Assembly (NCBI GenBank): GCA_030066075.1
Contig: JASJCH010000021.1
Span: 1,710-65,709, forward strand
DNA length: 64,000 bases
Source: Woeseiaceae bacterium
GTDB lineage: Bacteria; Pseudomonadota; Gammaproteobacteria; Steroidobacterales; Woeseiaceae
Reading direction: 5' to 3'
The notes beneath the pieces are model-generated. The model saw only the letters and a program-made list of their open reading frames with translations. It was not told the origin of the DNA and ran no database searches. Below, in pieces: positions 38,482 to 48,797 of this stretch (its first letter is position 1; each line of letters begins with the position of its first letter). A program made the translations under genes and the position numbers.

Positions 38482-39585
38482 ATGTTCGCATTCGCCCGCT
38501 GTTTTTTCGTCATACTCGTTATTGCCCTGCTTCCCGGGGTTGCGTCGGCTCAGTCGGACCTCGAAAGCCTCGTTGCGCAAACCGGCGTCGAGCCGGGCGA
38601 CACGGCCACCCGCGACCACCCGCGCTGGCGCGAGCCGCGCAAGATCGTCGTGCGCGATATTGCGGGCCTCTACGACGGACTTGCCGCGAGCGATCCGGGC
38701 GTAGAGCTGGTCCGCGTGCGGTCCGAAGCTGAAGCGATTGCCGCAGCTCCCGGCGCCGACGCCATACTCGGGTATTGTTCGGCCGGGATCCTCGATGCCG
38801 CGACCGATGCCGTCTGGATCCAGGTCTTCAGTGCGGGTGTCGAGAGCTGCGTCGTGCACGATCGCATCCGCAGCGGCGACGTTGTCCTGACCAACATGCA
38901 GAAGATGTCGTCACCCGTGATCGCCGAGCACGTCGTCGCGATGATGCTGTCGTTGTCGCGCGCGCTGCCGGCCTATGCGAAAAAAATGGAAAGCGGCCAG
39001 TGGCTGCGCGGCAGAGAGCACACGGGTCCCATGCAGTCATACGGTGGCAAAACCGTGCTCATCGTTGGCCTCGGCGGTATTGGCACCGAGGTGGCGAGGC
39101 GGGCGGCGGCGCTCGACATGCGCGTGGTCGCCACGCGGCGCAGCTCGCGCGAAGGGCCGGAGTTTGTCGACTACGTCGGCCTGTCAGGGGAATTGCCGGA
39201 GCTCGCCGCCCGGGCCGACTTCATCGTGAATGCACTGCCGCTCACTGATGAGACAGCAGGGTTGTTCGATGCCGAGTTCTTCGCCGCGGCGAAGGACGGG
39301 GCGCACTTCATCAACGTTGGCCGCGGCAAGACCGTCGTTACGGCGGACCTCGTCGCCGCGCTGGAAAGCGGCCAGCTGGCCGGAGCGGGCCTTGACGTGA
39401 CCGACCCGGAGCCGCTGCCTTCGAACCATCCGCTGTGGCAGATGGATAACGTCATTATCACGCCCCACATCTCCAGCCGCGGCGGCAACTTCATTCGCCA
39501 CGGCCTGCTCGCGGCCGAGAATCTGCGTCGCTTCGCAGCCGGTGAGGCGTTGTTCAATGTCGTCGACCCGGATGCCGGCTACTAA
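38482..39585 (+). CDS. D-isomer-specific 2-hydroxyacid dehydrogenase family protein with a signal-peptide-like N-terminal extension
   Basis: NAD fold GKTVLIVGLGGIGTEVARRA, then INVGRGKTV..., and catalytic ITPHISS. The N-terminus is MFAFARCFFVILVIALLPGVASAQS. Confidence 0.8.
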   Translation: MFAFARCFFVILVIALLPGVASAQSDLESLVAQTGVEPGDTATRDHPRWREPRKIVVRDIAGLYDGLAASDPGVELVRVRSEAEAIAAAPGADAILGYCSAGILDAATDAVWIQVFSAGVESCVVHDRIRSGDVVLTNMQKMSSPVIAEHVVAMMLSLSRALPAYAKKMESGQWLRGREHTGPMQSYGGKTVLIVGLGGIGTEVARRAAALDMRVVATRRSSREGPEFVDYVGLSGELPELAARADFIVNALPLTDETAGLFDAEFFAAAKDGAHFINVGRGKTVVTADLVAALESGQLAGAGLDVTDPEPLPSNHPLWQMDNVIITPHISSRGGNFIRHGLLAAENLRRFAAGEALFNVVDPDAGY

Positions 39586-40099
39586 AGACTCCGACGCGCT
39601 GGCCCGCGGCTTCCCGCCGGTGGCGCGCCCGGATGCGCGGGTGCTCATTCTCGGCAGCCTGCCCAGCCAGCGCTCGATCGCCAAGCAGCAGTATTACGGC
39701 CACCCGCAGAACGCCTTCTGGCGCATCATGGGCGAACTGGTCGGCGTCACCGGCGGCTACGCCGAGCGCTGCGCAGCGCTGGTCGAACATCGAATTGCAC
39801 TCTGGGATGTGCTGGCCGCGTCGGTACGGCCTGGCAGCATGGATGCCGATATCGCGCTCGATTCTGCACAAGTGAATGATTTTGAATCGTTTTTCGAGGC
39901 GCATACCGCGGTCCGCCGAATATGCTTCAATGGTCAGAAAGCTGCACAGATGTTCGAGCGCTTCGCGGCCGGCATCGCCGGCTCGCGGGAGACCGTGATA
40001 CTGCCGTCGACGAGCCCGGCCTACGCGTCGATGCGCTTCGAGGAAAAATTGTCACGCTGGCGAGCGGCGCTTGCGGAGGAGGGCAACGATGACCGGTAG
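39557..40099 (+). CDS. DNA-deoxyinosine (hypoxanthine) glycosylase, UDG superfamily
   Basis: ARVLILGSLPSQRSIAKQQYYGHPQNAFWRIMGEL and IALWDV...GSMDADI. Start uncertain (39557 or 39572). Confidence 0.7.
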   Translation: MSSTRMPATKDSDALARGFPPVARPDARVLILGSLPSQRSIAKQQYYGHPQNAFWRIMGELVGVTGGYAERCAALVEHRIALWDVLAASVRPGSMDADIALDSAQVNDFESFFEAHTAVRRICFNGQKAAQMFERFAAGIAGSRETVILPSTSPAYASMRFEEKLSRWRAALAEEGNDDR

Positions 40100-40511
40100 C
40101 GAGATTCTAAAGCCGGTACTGGCGATGATGCTGCTGACACTGGTGGTATGGATCGTTCTTTACGTAAGGCGCATCGCCCACATGAAGGCGAACCGGATCG
40201 ACGCGCAGCAGCTGACCACGCCGGAGCGCGCCATCGCGCTGATCCCGGAACCCGTCAACAACCCGGCCAACAATTTCAAGAACCTGTTCGAGTTGCCGGT
40301 GATTTTCTACGCGCTGTGCCTGCTGCTGTTCGCGGCGGGCATGGTTGACACGGTATACGTGGCGGCTGCCTGGCTGTTCGTAGCGCTGCGTGCCGTGCAC
40401 AGCGTAATCCAGTGCACGGCGAATATCGTCATGGCCCGCTTCCTCGCCTACCTGGCGGGAGCGGTCGTACTGTGGTTCATGGTGCTGCGAGCCGCGTTGC
40501 AGCTGTTCTGA
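40089..40511 (+). CDS. MAPEG family membrane protein
   Basis: ~140 aa with four hydrophobic helices, an R/K-rich loop after helix 1, and GGAGGAGGG SD. The family call is by size and topology only. Confidence 0.6.
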   Translation: MTGSEILKPVLAMMLLTLVVWIVLYVRRIAHMKANRIDAQQLTTPERAIALIPEPVNNPANNFKNLFELPVIFYALCLLLFAAGMVDTVYVAAAWLFVALRAVHSVIQCTANIVMARFLAYLAGAVVLWFMVLRAALQLF

Positions 40512-40892
<381 letters not shown>

Positions 40893-40903
40893 CTAGCACC
40901 ACT

Positions 40904-41926
40904 ATGTCTGCCGCGATACTGAAGGAACCCGCAGGGCTGCGCTGGTATGGCCTGGCCGTTATTTACGCGGTCGGCGGCTACGCGCTGGGCGTTGCGGGAC
41001 TGTTCAGTAGCAGCTGGATCATCAATCTCGGCGCAACCTTGCTGCTGGCGCATGCCATGACGATCGCCGCCTACCTGATCCACGAATGCGGCCATAACCT
41101 CGTCTTCAAACGCCAGCGCGACAATACGCGCCTCGGCCGTTTCCTGAGCTGGATTTGCGGAGCCGCCTACGGCACCTACGAGGACATGCGCTACAAGCAT
41201 TTCCGCCACCACGTCGACAATGACGATGTGGTCTGGTTCGAGTACGAGGAGTGGTTCGAAAAGCACCCTGTCGTGCTGCGCCTGACGCAACTGCTCGAGC
41301 GAGTCTACATCCCGGCGCACGACCTGATCATGCACTTCATCATGATGTTCACGTCGTTCATCATCCCGGAGCGCCGCGACCAGCGGGTGCGCAACGTCAC
41401 AGTGATCGTCATTCGCTTCGGCATTTTTATCGCGGTTGCGGTTCTGTTCCCGAAAGTTGCGCTGCTGTACGTCGTCGCCTACCTCCTGATGATGCACGTG
41501 CTGCGTTTCATGGACGCGCTGCAGCACGACTACCCGTACAACGCTACGCTGTTCGAGGTCGGCAATGCGCCGCACAAGGGCGACGCCCGGTGGGAGCAGG
41601 AGCACACATTCAGCGTGCCGCACTCATTGCGTTATCGGTGGCTCAACCTGCTGACGCTGAACTTCGGCTATCACAATGCGCACCACTACGACATGAACGT
41701 GCCGTTCTACCGCCTGCCCGAGCTGCACGAGGAGCTGACCGGCAATGACCCGACGAGGGTCATCCCGCTCCTGTCGCAGCTCAAGCTGTACCACCGCAAC
41801 CGCGTGCTAAGGGTCTGCAATCCGCAGCCGGACAATTACCCCAAGGGCGCCGATTACCTGTCAACGGCGCGGACCGGGCGCGGCCCGATAGGCGGTAACG
41901 CGGCGTCTTTTCTCACATCATTCTGA
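40904..41926 (+). CDS. Membrane fatty-acid desaturase family protein
   Basis: Three His boxes: HECGHN, HFRHH and HNAHH, with TM helices between them. Confidence 0.85.
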   Translation: MSAAILKEPAGLRWYGLAVIYAVGGYALGVAGLFSSSWIINLGATLLLAHAMTIAAYLIHECGHNLVFKRQRDNTRLGRFLSWICGAAYGTYEDMRYKHFRHHVDNDDVVWFEYEEWFEKHPVVLRLTQLLERVYIPAHDLIMHFIMMFTSFIIPERRDQRVRNVTVIVIRFGIFIAVAVLFPKVALLYVVAYLLMMHVLRFMDALQHDYPYNATLFEVGNAPHKGDARWEQEHTFSVPHSLRYRWLNLLTLNFGYHNAHHYDMNVPFYRLPELHEELTGNDPTRVIPLLSQLKLYHRNRVLRVCNPQPDNYPKGADYLSTARTGRGPIGGNAASFLTSF

Positions 41927-42015
41927 CCCGGACCCGTTCGCTTCGGTCGCGGTGCTCTACCAACCCTGAGCGCCATAAGCGACAATGACAGCCTATAGAT
42001 CAGGCTGACGTGATT

Positions 42016-43173
42016 ATGTTGGATTTCGATTTTGGTCTCGGCGAGGACATGGATCTGTTGCGCGAGTCCGTTCGCGGTTTTGCCGATGACCGCATAGCGC
42101 CGCGCGCCGCGGCGATAGACCGTGACAACGAGTTTCCCCGCGACCTCTGGCCCGAACTCGGCGAGCTCGGCTTGCTCGGCATCACGGTGGAAGAGGAATA
42201 CGGCGGCGCAGGCCTGGGCTATCTCGCCCACACTGTCGCGATGGAAGAAATCAGCCGGGCGTCGGCCTCGGTCGGCCTGTCCTACGGCGCGCACTCGAAC
42301 CTGTGCGTGAACCAGATCCGCCGCTGGGGCAGCCCGGAGCAAAAGGCGCAGTACCTGCCCGCGCTGGTGTCGGGAGAACACCTCGGCGCGCTGGCGATGA
42401 GCGAGCCCGGGGCCGGCTCGGACGTCATGGGCATGCGCACGACGGCGGTCCGCGACGGCGATCACTACGTGCTGAACGGTTCCAAGATGTGGATCACCAA
42501 CGCGCCGCAGGCCGACGTCATGGTCGTCTACGCGGTCACCGATCCCGATGCCGGCAGCCGTAAGCTCAGCGCCTTTATTGTCGAACGCGGCACGGCCGGG
42601 CTGTCGACGCCGCAGAAACTGGACAAGCTCGGCATGCGCGGTTCGGACACGAGCGAAGTCCTGTTCGAGGACTGTCGCGTGCCGGCGGAAAACCTGATGG
42701 CCGAAGAGGGCAAGGGCGCCGCCATCCTGATGAGCGGGCTCGACTACGAGCGACTGGTGCTTGCCGCCGGGCCCCTCGGGATCATGCGCGCCTGCCTCGA
42801 CGAGGTGCTGCCCTATGTCCACGAGCGCAAGCAGTTCGGCACGCCCATCGGCGAATTCCAGCTCATGCAGGGCAAGATCGCCGACATGTACACGACCATG
42901 AACAGCTGTCGGGCCTATGTCTACGCCGTTGCGCGTGCCGCCGACAACGGCCAGACCACGCGCTTCGACGCGGCCGGCTGCATCCTCTACGCGGCGGAGA
43001 AGGCGACGTGGGTGGCCAGCCAGGCCATCCAGGCCCTCGGCGGCAACGGCTATATCAACGAGTACCCGACCGGGCGGCTGTTGCGCGACGCCAAGCTCTA
43101 CGAGATCGGCGCCGGCACGAGCGAGATCCGGCGCATGCTGATCGGTCGCGAGTTGTTCAATGCCACGCGTTGA
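42016..43173 (+). CDS. liuA: Isovaleryl-CoA dehydrogenase
   Basis: [19 protein letters not shown]... and [12 protein letters not shown]...; acyl-CoA dehydrogenase fold ending [23 protein letters not shown] at 42016 (ORF track uses GTG 42010). Confidence 0.85.
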   Translation: MLDFDFGLGEDMDLLRESVRGFADDRIAPRAAAIDRDNEFPRDLWPELGELGLLGITVEEEYGGAGLGYLAHTVAMEEISRASASVGLSYGAHSNLCVNQIRRWGSPEQKAQYLPALVSGEHLGALAMSEPGAGSDVMGMRTTAVRDGDHYVLNGSKMWITNAPQADVMVVYAVTDPDAGSRKLSAFIVERGTAGLSTPQKLDKLGMRGSDTSEVLFEDCRVPAENLMAEEGKGAAILMSGLDYERLVLAAGPLGIMRACLDEVLPYVHERKQFGTPIGEFQLMQGKIADMYTTMNSCRAYVYAVARAADNGQTTRFDAAGCILYAAEKATWVASQAIQALGGNGYINEYPTGRLLRDAKLYEIGAGTSEIRRMLIGRELFNATR

Positions 43174-44770
43174 GACCAGGATCGACCGCGATTCCGATGA
43201 GTTTCGGCAGAACGCCGAGGCCAATTTCGCGCTGGCCGAAGACCTGCGCACGCTGAGTGAGCAGGTGCGCACGGGCGGCTCGGCGCGCTCGCGCGAACGC
43301 CACCTGAAACGAGGCAAGCTCCTGCCGCGGGACCGCATCAGCACGCTCATCGACGACGATTCGCCGTTCCTCGAGCTCGGCCAGCTCGCGGCCTGGCAGG
43401 TCTACAAGGACGAGGTGCCCGCGGCCGGGATCATTACCGGTATCGGAACGGTGCGCGGCGTCGAGTGCATGATCGTCGCGAACGACGCCACGGTGAAAGG
43501 CGGCACCTATTACCCGCTGACGGTCAAGAAGCACCTGCGGGCACAGGAAGTGGCCGAGCAGAATCACCTGCCGTGCATCTACCTGGTCGACTCGGGCGGC
43601 GCGTTCCTGCCGGCCCAGGACGAGGTGTTCCCGGACCGTGATCATTTCGGTCGCATCTTCTACAACCAGGCGCGCCTGTCGGCGCGGGGCATTCCGCAGA
43701 TCGCCGTCGTGATGGGCTCGTGCACCGCAGGCGGCGCCTATGTGCCGGCGATGTGCGACGAGGCCATCATCGTGCGCAACCAGGGCACGATCTTCCTCGG
43801 CGGTCCGCCGCTCGTTAAAGCGGCGACCGGCGAGGTCGTCGACGCCGAGACGCTCGGCGGCGGCAGCGTGCATTCACGCATCTCGGGCGTCACCGACCAC
43901 CTCGCCGACGACGACCCGCATGCGCTGGCAATCGCACGCGACATCGTGTCCAGCCTGAATGTTTCCAGGCATAACGAGCTGGCCATGCGCGAGCCGCGCG
44001 AGCCGGAGTACCCGGCCGAAGACATCTACGGCATCGTCTCCAGGGAGTACCGCTTCCCGTATGACGTGCGCGAGGTCATCGCCCGCATCGTGGACGGGTC
44101 CGAATTCCAGGAGTTCAAGAAGCTGTACGGTTCGACGCTCGTCTGCGGTTTCGCGCACATCGGCGGCTACCCGGTCGGCATCGTGGCCAACAACGGCATC
44201 CTGTTCATGGAGTCGGCGCAAAAGGGCGCCCATTTCGTGCAGCTGTGCAACCGTCGCGGCATCCCGCTGGTGTTCCTGCAGAACATCACGGGGTTCATGG
44301 TGGGCAAGCGCGTCGAGCATGCCGGCATCGCCAAGGACGGCGCGAAGATGGTCAACGCCGTTGCGACCGCGACCGTGCCAAAGTTCACGGTGGTCATCGG
44401 CGGGTCGTTCGGCGCCGGCAACTACGCGATGTGCGGCAGGGCCTACAGCCCGCGCATGCTGTGGATGTGGCCGAACGCGCGTATCTCGGTCATGGGCGGC
44501 GAGCAGGCGTCGCTGGTATTGTCGACGGTCAGGCGCGAGGGGCTGGAGGCGCGCGGTGACGAATGGCCGCAGGAGGAGCAGGAGCGTTTCGAGGCCGGTA
44601 TCCGCGAGCAATACGAGACGCAGGGGCACCCGTACTATGCGAGCGCCCGTTTGTGGGACGACGGCGTCATCGATCCGGTCGACACGCGTCGTGTATTGTC
44701 ACTGGGACTGTCGGCCGCGATGAACCGGCCGCGCGAAGACGAGACGCCCTTCGGCGTATTCAGGATGTAA
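43160..44770 (+). CDS. liuB: Methylcrotonyl-CoA carboxylase beta (carboxyltransferase) subunit
   Basis: [11 protein letters not shown]..., [28 protein letters not shown]. 14-nt overlap with liuA. Confidence 0.85.
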   Translation: MPRVETRIDRDSDEFRQNAEANFALAEDLRTLSEQVRTGGSARSRERHLKRGKLLPRDRISTLIDDDSPFLELGQLAAWQVYKDEVPAAGIITGIGTVRGVECMIVANDATVKGGTYYPLTVKKHLRAQEVAEQNHLPCIYLVDSGGAFLPAQDEVFPDRDHFGRIFYNQARLSARGIPQIAVVMGSCTAGGAYVPAMCDEAIIVRNQGTIFLGGPPLVKAATGEVVDAETLGGGSVHSRISGVTDHLADDDPHALAIARDIVSSLNVSRHNELAMREPREPEYPAEDIYGIVSREYRFPYDVREVIARIVDGSEFQEFKKLYGSTLVCGFAHIGGYPVGIVANNGILFMESAQKGAHFVQLCNRRGIPLVFLQNITGFMVGKRVEHAGIAKDGAKMVNAVATATVPKFTVVIGGSFGAGNYAMCGRAYSPRMLWMWPNARISVMGGEQASLVLSTVRREGLEARGDEWPQEEQERFEAGIREQYETQGHPYYASARLWDDGVIDPVDTRRVLSLGLSAAMNRPREDETPFGVFRM

Positions 44771-44779
44771 GGGGAAGGC

Positions 44780-45607
44780 ATGACCTCACTGGCGGGGAAA
44801 ACACTGTTCGTAACGGGCGGCAGCCGCGGTATCGGGCTGGCGATTGCGAAAAGGGCGGCCGCTGACGGCGCCAATGTCGCGATCGCGGCCAAGACCGACA
44901 AGCCGCATCCGAAGCTGCCCGGCACCATTCACACGGCGGCCGAGGAGATCGAGCAGGCCGGCGGCAAGGCGCTGCCGCTGATGTGCGACATTCGCGACGA
45001 CGACGCGGTTGCCGCGGCGGTTGAACAGGCCGCCGAGACTTTCGGCGGCATCGATATTGTCGTCAACAACGCGAGCGCCATCGCTCTGCTCGGCACCGAG
45101 GAGATCAAGATGAGCCGCTTCGACCTGATGCACCAGGTCAACGCGCGTGGCACCTTTCTCGTCTCCAAGACCTGTCTGCCGTGGCTCCGCAAGTCCGACA
45201 ACCCGCACATCCTGGTACTGGCGCCGCCGCTCAACATGGTCGAGAAGTGGTTCGCGCCGCACGTCGCCTACTCAATGGCCAAGTACGGTATGAGCATGTG
45301 CGTGCTCGGCATGGCCGGCGAGTTCCGCGACGACGGCATCGCGGTCAATGCGCTATGGCCCCGCACCACGATCGCGACGGCTGCGGTGAACATGCTCGGC
45401 GGCGACGAGCTCATGCAGCATTCGCGCAAGCCCGAGATCATGGCGGATGCCGCTTACGTGATCCTGAGCCGACCAAGCCGCGAATTCACGGGCAACTTCT
45501 GCGTCGACGACGCGGTGCTCGAAGACGAGGGCATCACCGACCTGAGTGGCTATGCCGTGAATCCCGACGTTCCGCTGGCGCCGGATTTCTTCGTCGAACC
45601 CCGCTAG
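44780..45607 (+). CDS. SDR family oxidoreductase (HSDL2-like)
   Basis: GKTLFVTGGSRGIGLAIA, NNASA, and YSMAKYGMS (YxxxK). Confidence 0.8.
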   Translation: MTSLAGKTLFVTGGSRGIGLAIAKRAAADGANVAIAAKTDKPHPKLPGTIHTAAEEIEQAGGKALPLMCDIRDDDAVAAAVEQAAETFGGIDIVVNNASAIALLGTEEIKMSRFDLMHQVNARGTFLVSKTCLPWLRKSDNPHILVLAPPLNMVEKWFAPHVAYSMAKYGMSMCVLGMAGEFRDDGIAVNALWPRTTIATAAVNMLGGDELMQHSRKPEIMADAAYVILSRPSREFTGNFCVDDAVLEDEGITDLSGYAVNPDVPLAPDFFVEPR

Positions 45608-45615
45608 GCGATGCG

Positions 45616-46473
45616 ATGACGCTCAATTCCGAAAAACTCATGGCCACGGCCGTCGACGATCTCGTGCTCAACTATCGCGATACCGAGACGATGCTGTATG
45701 CGCAGAGCGTGGGTTTCGGCCAGGATCCGCTCGACGCCAAGGAACTGCCATTTGTCTACGAGCAGGGCTCGCCGCTGCGCACCGTGCCGTCGATGGCCAG
45801 TGTGCTCGTGCCTGACATGTTTCCCCCGGATCTCGGCTGGGACTTCACCCAGGTGCTGCACGCGGAACAGCGGCTGACGCTGCATCGGCCGCTGCCGGCC
45901 GAAGCCGACATGCTGGTGAACAAGCGCATTGCCGATGTTTTCGATCGCGGGCCCCGACGCGGCGCCATGCTGCTGTTCGAGGCCGAAGGGCGTCTCGCCA
46001 AGGACGACACGGCGATATTCTCGATGGGTACGACAGTGATTGCGCGCGGCGACGGCGGGTTCGGCGGTAAATCCGGCAGCGCGCCGCCGCCGCATCGGGC
46101 GCCACGCCGCGATCCCGACCTGAGCTGCGAACTGCCGACGCGCGTCGACCAGGCGCTGCTGTTTCGGCTCAACGGCGACCGCAACCCCCTGCACGCGGAC
46201 CCGGCGACCGCACGCCGCGCCGGTTTCGATGTGCCCATCCTGCACGGGCTGTGCACCTACGGCATCGCCTGCCGGGCCATTCTCAAGACCATCTGCGATT
46301 ACGACGACACGCTGATCCGCGAGTTCGACGCGCGTTTCTCGTCACCCGTGATGCCCGGGGACACGATTCGCACGGACATGTGGCAGGACGGGCCGGTCGT
46401 TTCGTTCCGCTGCGTAGCGGTCGAGCGCGATGAGATCGTCCTGCGCAACGGCAAGTGCACATTGGCGGCCTGA
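45616..46473 (+). CDS. MaoC-like (R)-specific enoyl-CoA hydratase, double hot-dog
   Basis: MTLNSEKL... start at 45616. LFRLNGDRNPLHADPATARRAGFDVPILHGLCTYG is the hydratase-2 motif. The upstream part of ORF 45181..46473 is an Arg-rich out-of-frame read of the SDR gene. Confidence 0.8.
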   Translation: MTLNSEKLMATAVDDLVLNYRDTETMLYAQSVGFGQDPLDAKELPFVYEQGSPLRTVPSMASVLVPDMFPPDLGWDFTQVLHAEQRLTLHRPLPAEADMLVNKRIADVFDRGPRRGAMLLFEAEGRLAKDDTAIFSMGTTVIARGDGGFGGKSGSAPPPHRAPRRDPDLSCELPTRVDQALLFRLNGDRNPLHADPATARRAGFDVPILHGLCTYGIACRAILKTICDYDDTLIREFDARFSSPVMPGDTIRTDMWQDGPVVSFRCVAVERDEIVLRNGKCTLAA

Positions 46474-46484
46474 GTGAATCGAGC

Positions 46485-47276
46485 ATGAGCGACCCCGTTG
46501 ACATTGCCGTTGCAGATCACATCGCGACGGTCATGCTGAACCGCCCGGACAAGGCCAACGCCGTCAACCTCGACATGTTCGACGCCTTGCGCGAGGCGGG
46601 CAGGGAACTGGCCGCGAACAAGTCGGTGCGCGCCATCGTCCTGCACGGTGCCGGTGACAATTTCTGCGCCGGCATCGATACGAGCATTTTCCAGGATCCC
46701 GAGGTCGACATTGACGCGTCATGGTTCGCGCCACTCGAGGATTCGCCGGCCAATCGCCTGCAGTCGCCGGCCTATGTCTGGCGGGAGCTGCCGGTCCCGG
46801 TGATTTGTGCGATGCACGGTGTTGCCTATGGCGCAGGCCTGCAGATCGCGCTGGGCGCCGACCTGCGCTACGCGCGGCCCGACGCGAGTCTGTCCATCAT
46901 GGAGATCAAGTGGGGGCTGGTGCCGGACATGGCCATGACGACGACGCTACGTGACATCCTGCCGCTCGACACGGTCAAGGAACTGGCCTGGACCGGGCGC
47001 CGAATCAGCGGCGAAGAGGCACATTCGATGGGGCTCGTCACCGCGCTGCACGATGACCCGCTGGCCGCCGCGACGGAAGCCGCAGCCGGAATCCGTGTAA
47101 AATCACCGGACGCAATCCGCGCCATGAAGCGGCTGTTCAACAGCGCATGGCGGCTCGCGGATGCCGGCGCCCTGGCGCTCGAAGCGGAGCTGCAAATCGG
47201 CGTCATGGGCAAAAAAAACCAGCGGGAAGCGGTGATGGCGAACATGCAAAAACGCGTGCCGAAATTCGATGACTGA
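46485..47276 (+). CDS. Enoyl-CoA hydratase/isomerase (crotonase) family protein
   Basis: VMLNRPDKANAVN, VLHGAGDNFCAGID, MHGVAYGAGLQIALGAD. Confidence 0.82.
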   Translation: MSDPVDIAVADHIATVMLNRPDKANAVNLDMFDALREAGRELAANKSVRAIVLHGAGDNFCAGIDTSIFQDPEVDIDASWFAPLEDSPANRLQSPAYVWRELPVPVICAMHGVAYGAGLQIALGADLRYARPDASLSIMEIKWGLVPDMAMTTTLRDILPLDTVKELAWTGRRISGEEAHSMGLVTALHDDPLAAATEAAAGIRVKSPDAIRAMKRLFNSAWRLADAGALALEAELQIGVMGKKNQREAVMANMQKRVPKFDD

Positions 47277-47355
47277 ACGCGGTTTCACCCGGAACTATTG
47301 CAATGCGGGCGCAGTCCAAACAGGCATTAAGAGTTCACGCAGTGCGGAAAGAAAA

Positions 47356-48063
47356 GTGAATCACGCCTTCAAAGCGGGCCTGGCTGTTACGGCATGCCTG
47401 TTTGCCTCTATCGCGACCGCCCAGTCGACGAATTCCTTCCCCCAGATGCCTGTTGACGCGAAGACCCTCCGCATCTTCAACCAGGCCGAGGAAGTCTACG
47501 AGCGCACCGATTACGAACGCGCGTTCTTCATCTATCGCAATGAGCTGGCGCCGATAGGCGACAAGTACGGCCAGTACATGGTTGGGTTCATGTACCTGAC
47601 CGGCAAGGGCGTGGACGAAGATCGCGTAGCCGCGTCAGCCTGGTACCGGCTGGCCGCCGAACGCGGCACCAAGGAATTTATCCGCGCCAGGGACCAGGTC
47701 CTGCGCTCGCTGAACGGTGAGCAGCGGGCCGAGTCGGACCAGTTGTTCATGGAGTTGCGCCGGGAGTACGGCGACCTCGTGCTGCTCGCAAGGGCTATCC
47801 GCGAGGACTACCAGGAGCTCAAGAGCCGGACGGGGTCCCGGGTATCGGCCGGCAGCAGCCCCGTCACCGTACTGGACATGAGGCGCAGCGGCTCGACGAC
47901 CTCGGGCTCCGAGTACTACGGCCGCATCGAGCGCCGCCTGGAGGCGCGCCTCGACTACATCGCGCAGCACACCGAGATCGACATCGTCGACCTCGATGCC
48001 GATTCGCTGGATATCGACGAATTCGAGCAGCAGGTAGAGAACTACCTGGGGCGCCTCGACTAA
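47356..48063 (+). CDS. Exported Sel1-repeat (TPR-like) protein
   Basis: The GTG at 47356 gives the signal peptide VNHAFKAGLAVTACLFASIATAQS. Sel1 unit YMVGFMYLTGKGVDEDRVAASAWYRLAAERG. Start uncertain. Confidence 0.6.
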   Translation: MNHAFKAGLAVTACLFASIATAQSTNSFPQMPVDAKTLRIFNQAEEVYERTDYERAFFIYRNELAPIGDKYGQYMVGFMYLTGKGVDEDRVAASAWYRLAAERGTKEFIRARDQVLRSLNGEQRAESDQLFMELRREYGDLVLLARAIREDYQELKSRTGSRVSAGSSPVTVLDMRRSGSTTSGSEYYGRIERRLEARLDYIAQHTEIDIVDLDADSLDIDEFEQQVENYLGRLD

Positions 48064-48068
48064 GCCTG

Positions 48069-48656
48069 TTAAGCCGCCAGTCCCCGCGTCAGCACCGTGG
48101 GGAACTCACTCACCATGTTGGCGGCCTGCGCCGCATCGCCGTGAAACCATTTCGGGATCCAGTTAATCGAGCCCATGATGGCGTTGCCGGTCATGCGCAC
48201 GTCGCAAGCGGCGATGCTGCCATCGGCAATGCCGCCCTCCAGGATGGCTTCGAAGTTCTTGCTGTGCTGCCGCGACAGGTCGAGTACCTCGTCCCGATGC
48301 TCGGGCTTGAGTGACGGTATCTCGCTCATGATGGCAATCGGACCTTCGTCGCCCACCATGCTCTCGATGTGGAAGCGCAGGTACCGGCGGGCCTGCTCGA
48401 GGCCCGTGCCGCCCTCGGCGACGGCGCGCTCCATGGCGTCACGACCGACGTCGGCCGCCCTGACGTAACAGAGGTAGACCAGTTCTTCCTTGTTGCGCAC
48501 GTAGTAATAGAGCGCGGGGTCGGTCAGCCCGAGCATATTGGCGACGTCCTTCAGCGAGGTGCCGCTGTAGCCCTTGCGGTTGAAGCAGTGGGCGGCGGCC
48601 TTGAGAACCCGGTCGCGTTGCTGGCTGAAGCGGGTTTCGTCGGGGTTACGAGCCAT
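48069..48656 (-). CDS. TetR family transcriptional regulator
   Basis: HTH region RDRVLKAAAHCFNRKGYSGTSLKDVANMLGLTDPALYYYVRNKEEL. Start at the Met of MARNPDE. Confidence 0.85.
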   Translation of the reverse strand: MARNPDETRFSQQRDRVLKAAAHCFNRKGYSGTSLKDVANMLGLTDPALYYYVRNKEELVYLCYVRAADVGRDAMERAVAEGGTGLEQARRYLRFHIESMVGDEGPIAIMSEIPSLKPEHRDEVLDLSRQHSKNFEAILEGGIADGSIAACDVRMTGNAIMGSINWIPKWFHGDAAQAANMVSEFPTVLTRGLAA

Positions 48657-48734
48657 TAGAAATCCTTCCGTCATTGCGAGGCGGCAGCGCCGCCGCGGCA
48701 ATCTCCTACTTGAGATTTGCCGGCAAGTGAATTA

Positions 48735-48752
48735 TTTTAATCTACATTAAAA
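48735..48752. promoter_or_regulatory. Candidate TetR operator in the AT-rich tetR-icmF divergent region
   Basis: Perfect inverted repeat TTTTAAT-CTAC-ATTAAAA. A second small palindrome TTGCAATAGCAA lies a few nt downstream. Confidence 0.4.
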
Positions 48753-48797
48753 TTTTTGCAATAGCAAAAGTAACTGATTTTTAAGGGTATTTTCCTT

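Noticed and set aside
41927-42015. Hairpin CAGCCTATAGATCAGGCTG upstream of liuA as a possible LiuR/MerR-type operator
   Set aside because: A 6-bp stem with no resemblance I can vouch for to a known operator consensus; it could be fortuitous.
45181-45615. Upstream extension of ORF 45181..46473, and the similar 5' extensions of ORFs 7819..9207, 27972..28604, 26651..27697, 34455..34973, 46455..47276 and 15132..15593
   Set aside because: The extensions lie inside the preceding gene in another frame or in Arg/Pro-rich sequence. Internal Met/GTG starts coincide with SD motifs, signal peptides or family N-termini.
48702-48797. Possible cobalamin riboswitch ahead of the B12-dependent icmF
   Set aside because: The spacer is short and AT-rich and has no B12-box (AGYCMGGAGACCKGCC-like) or GGGAA/GCCACUG elements. 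It looks like a promoter/operator region instead.
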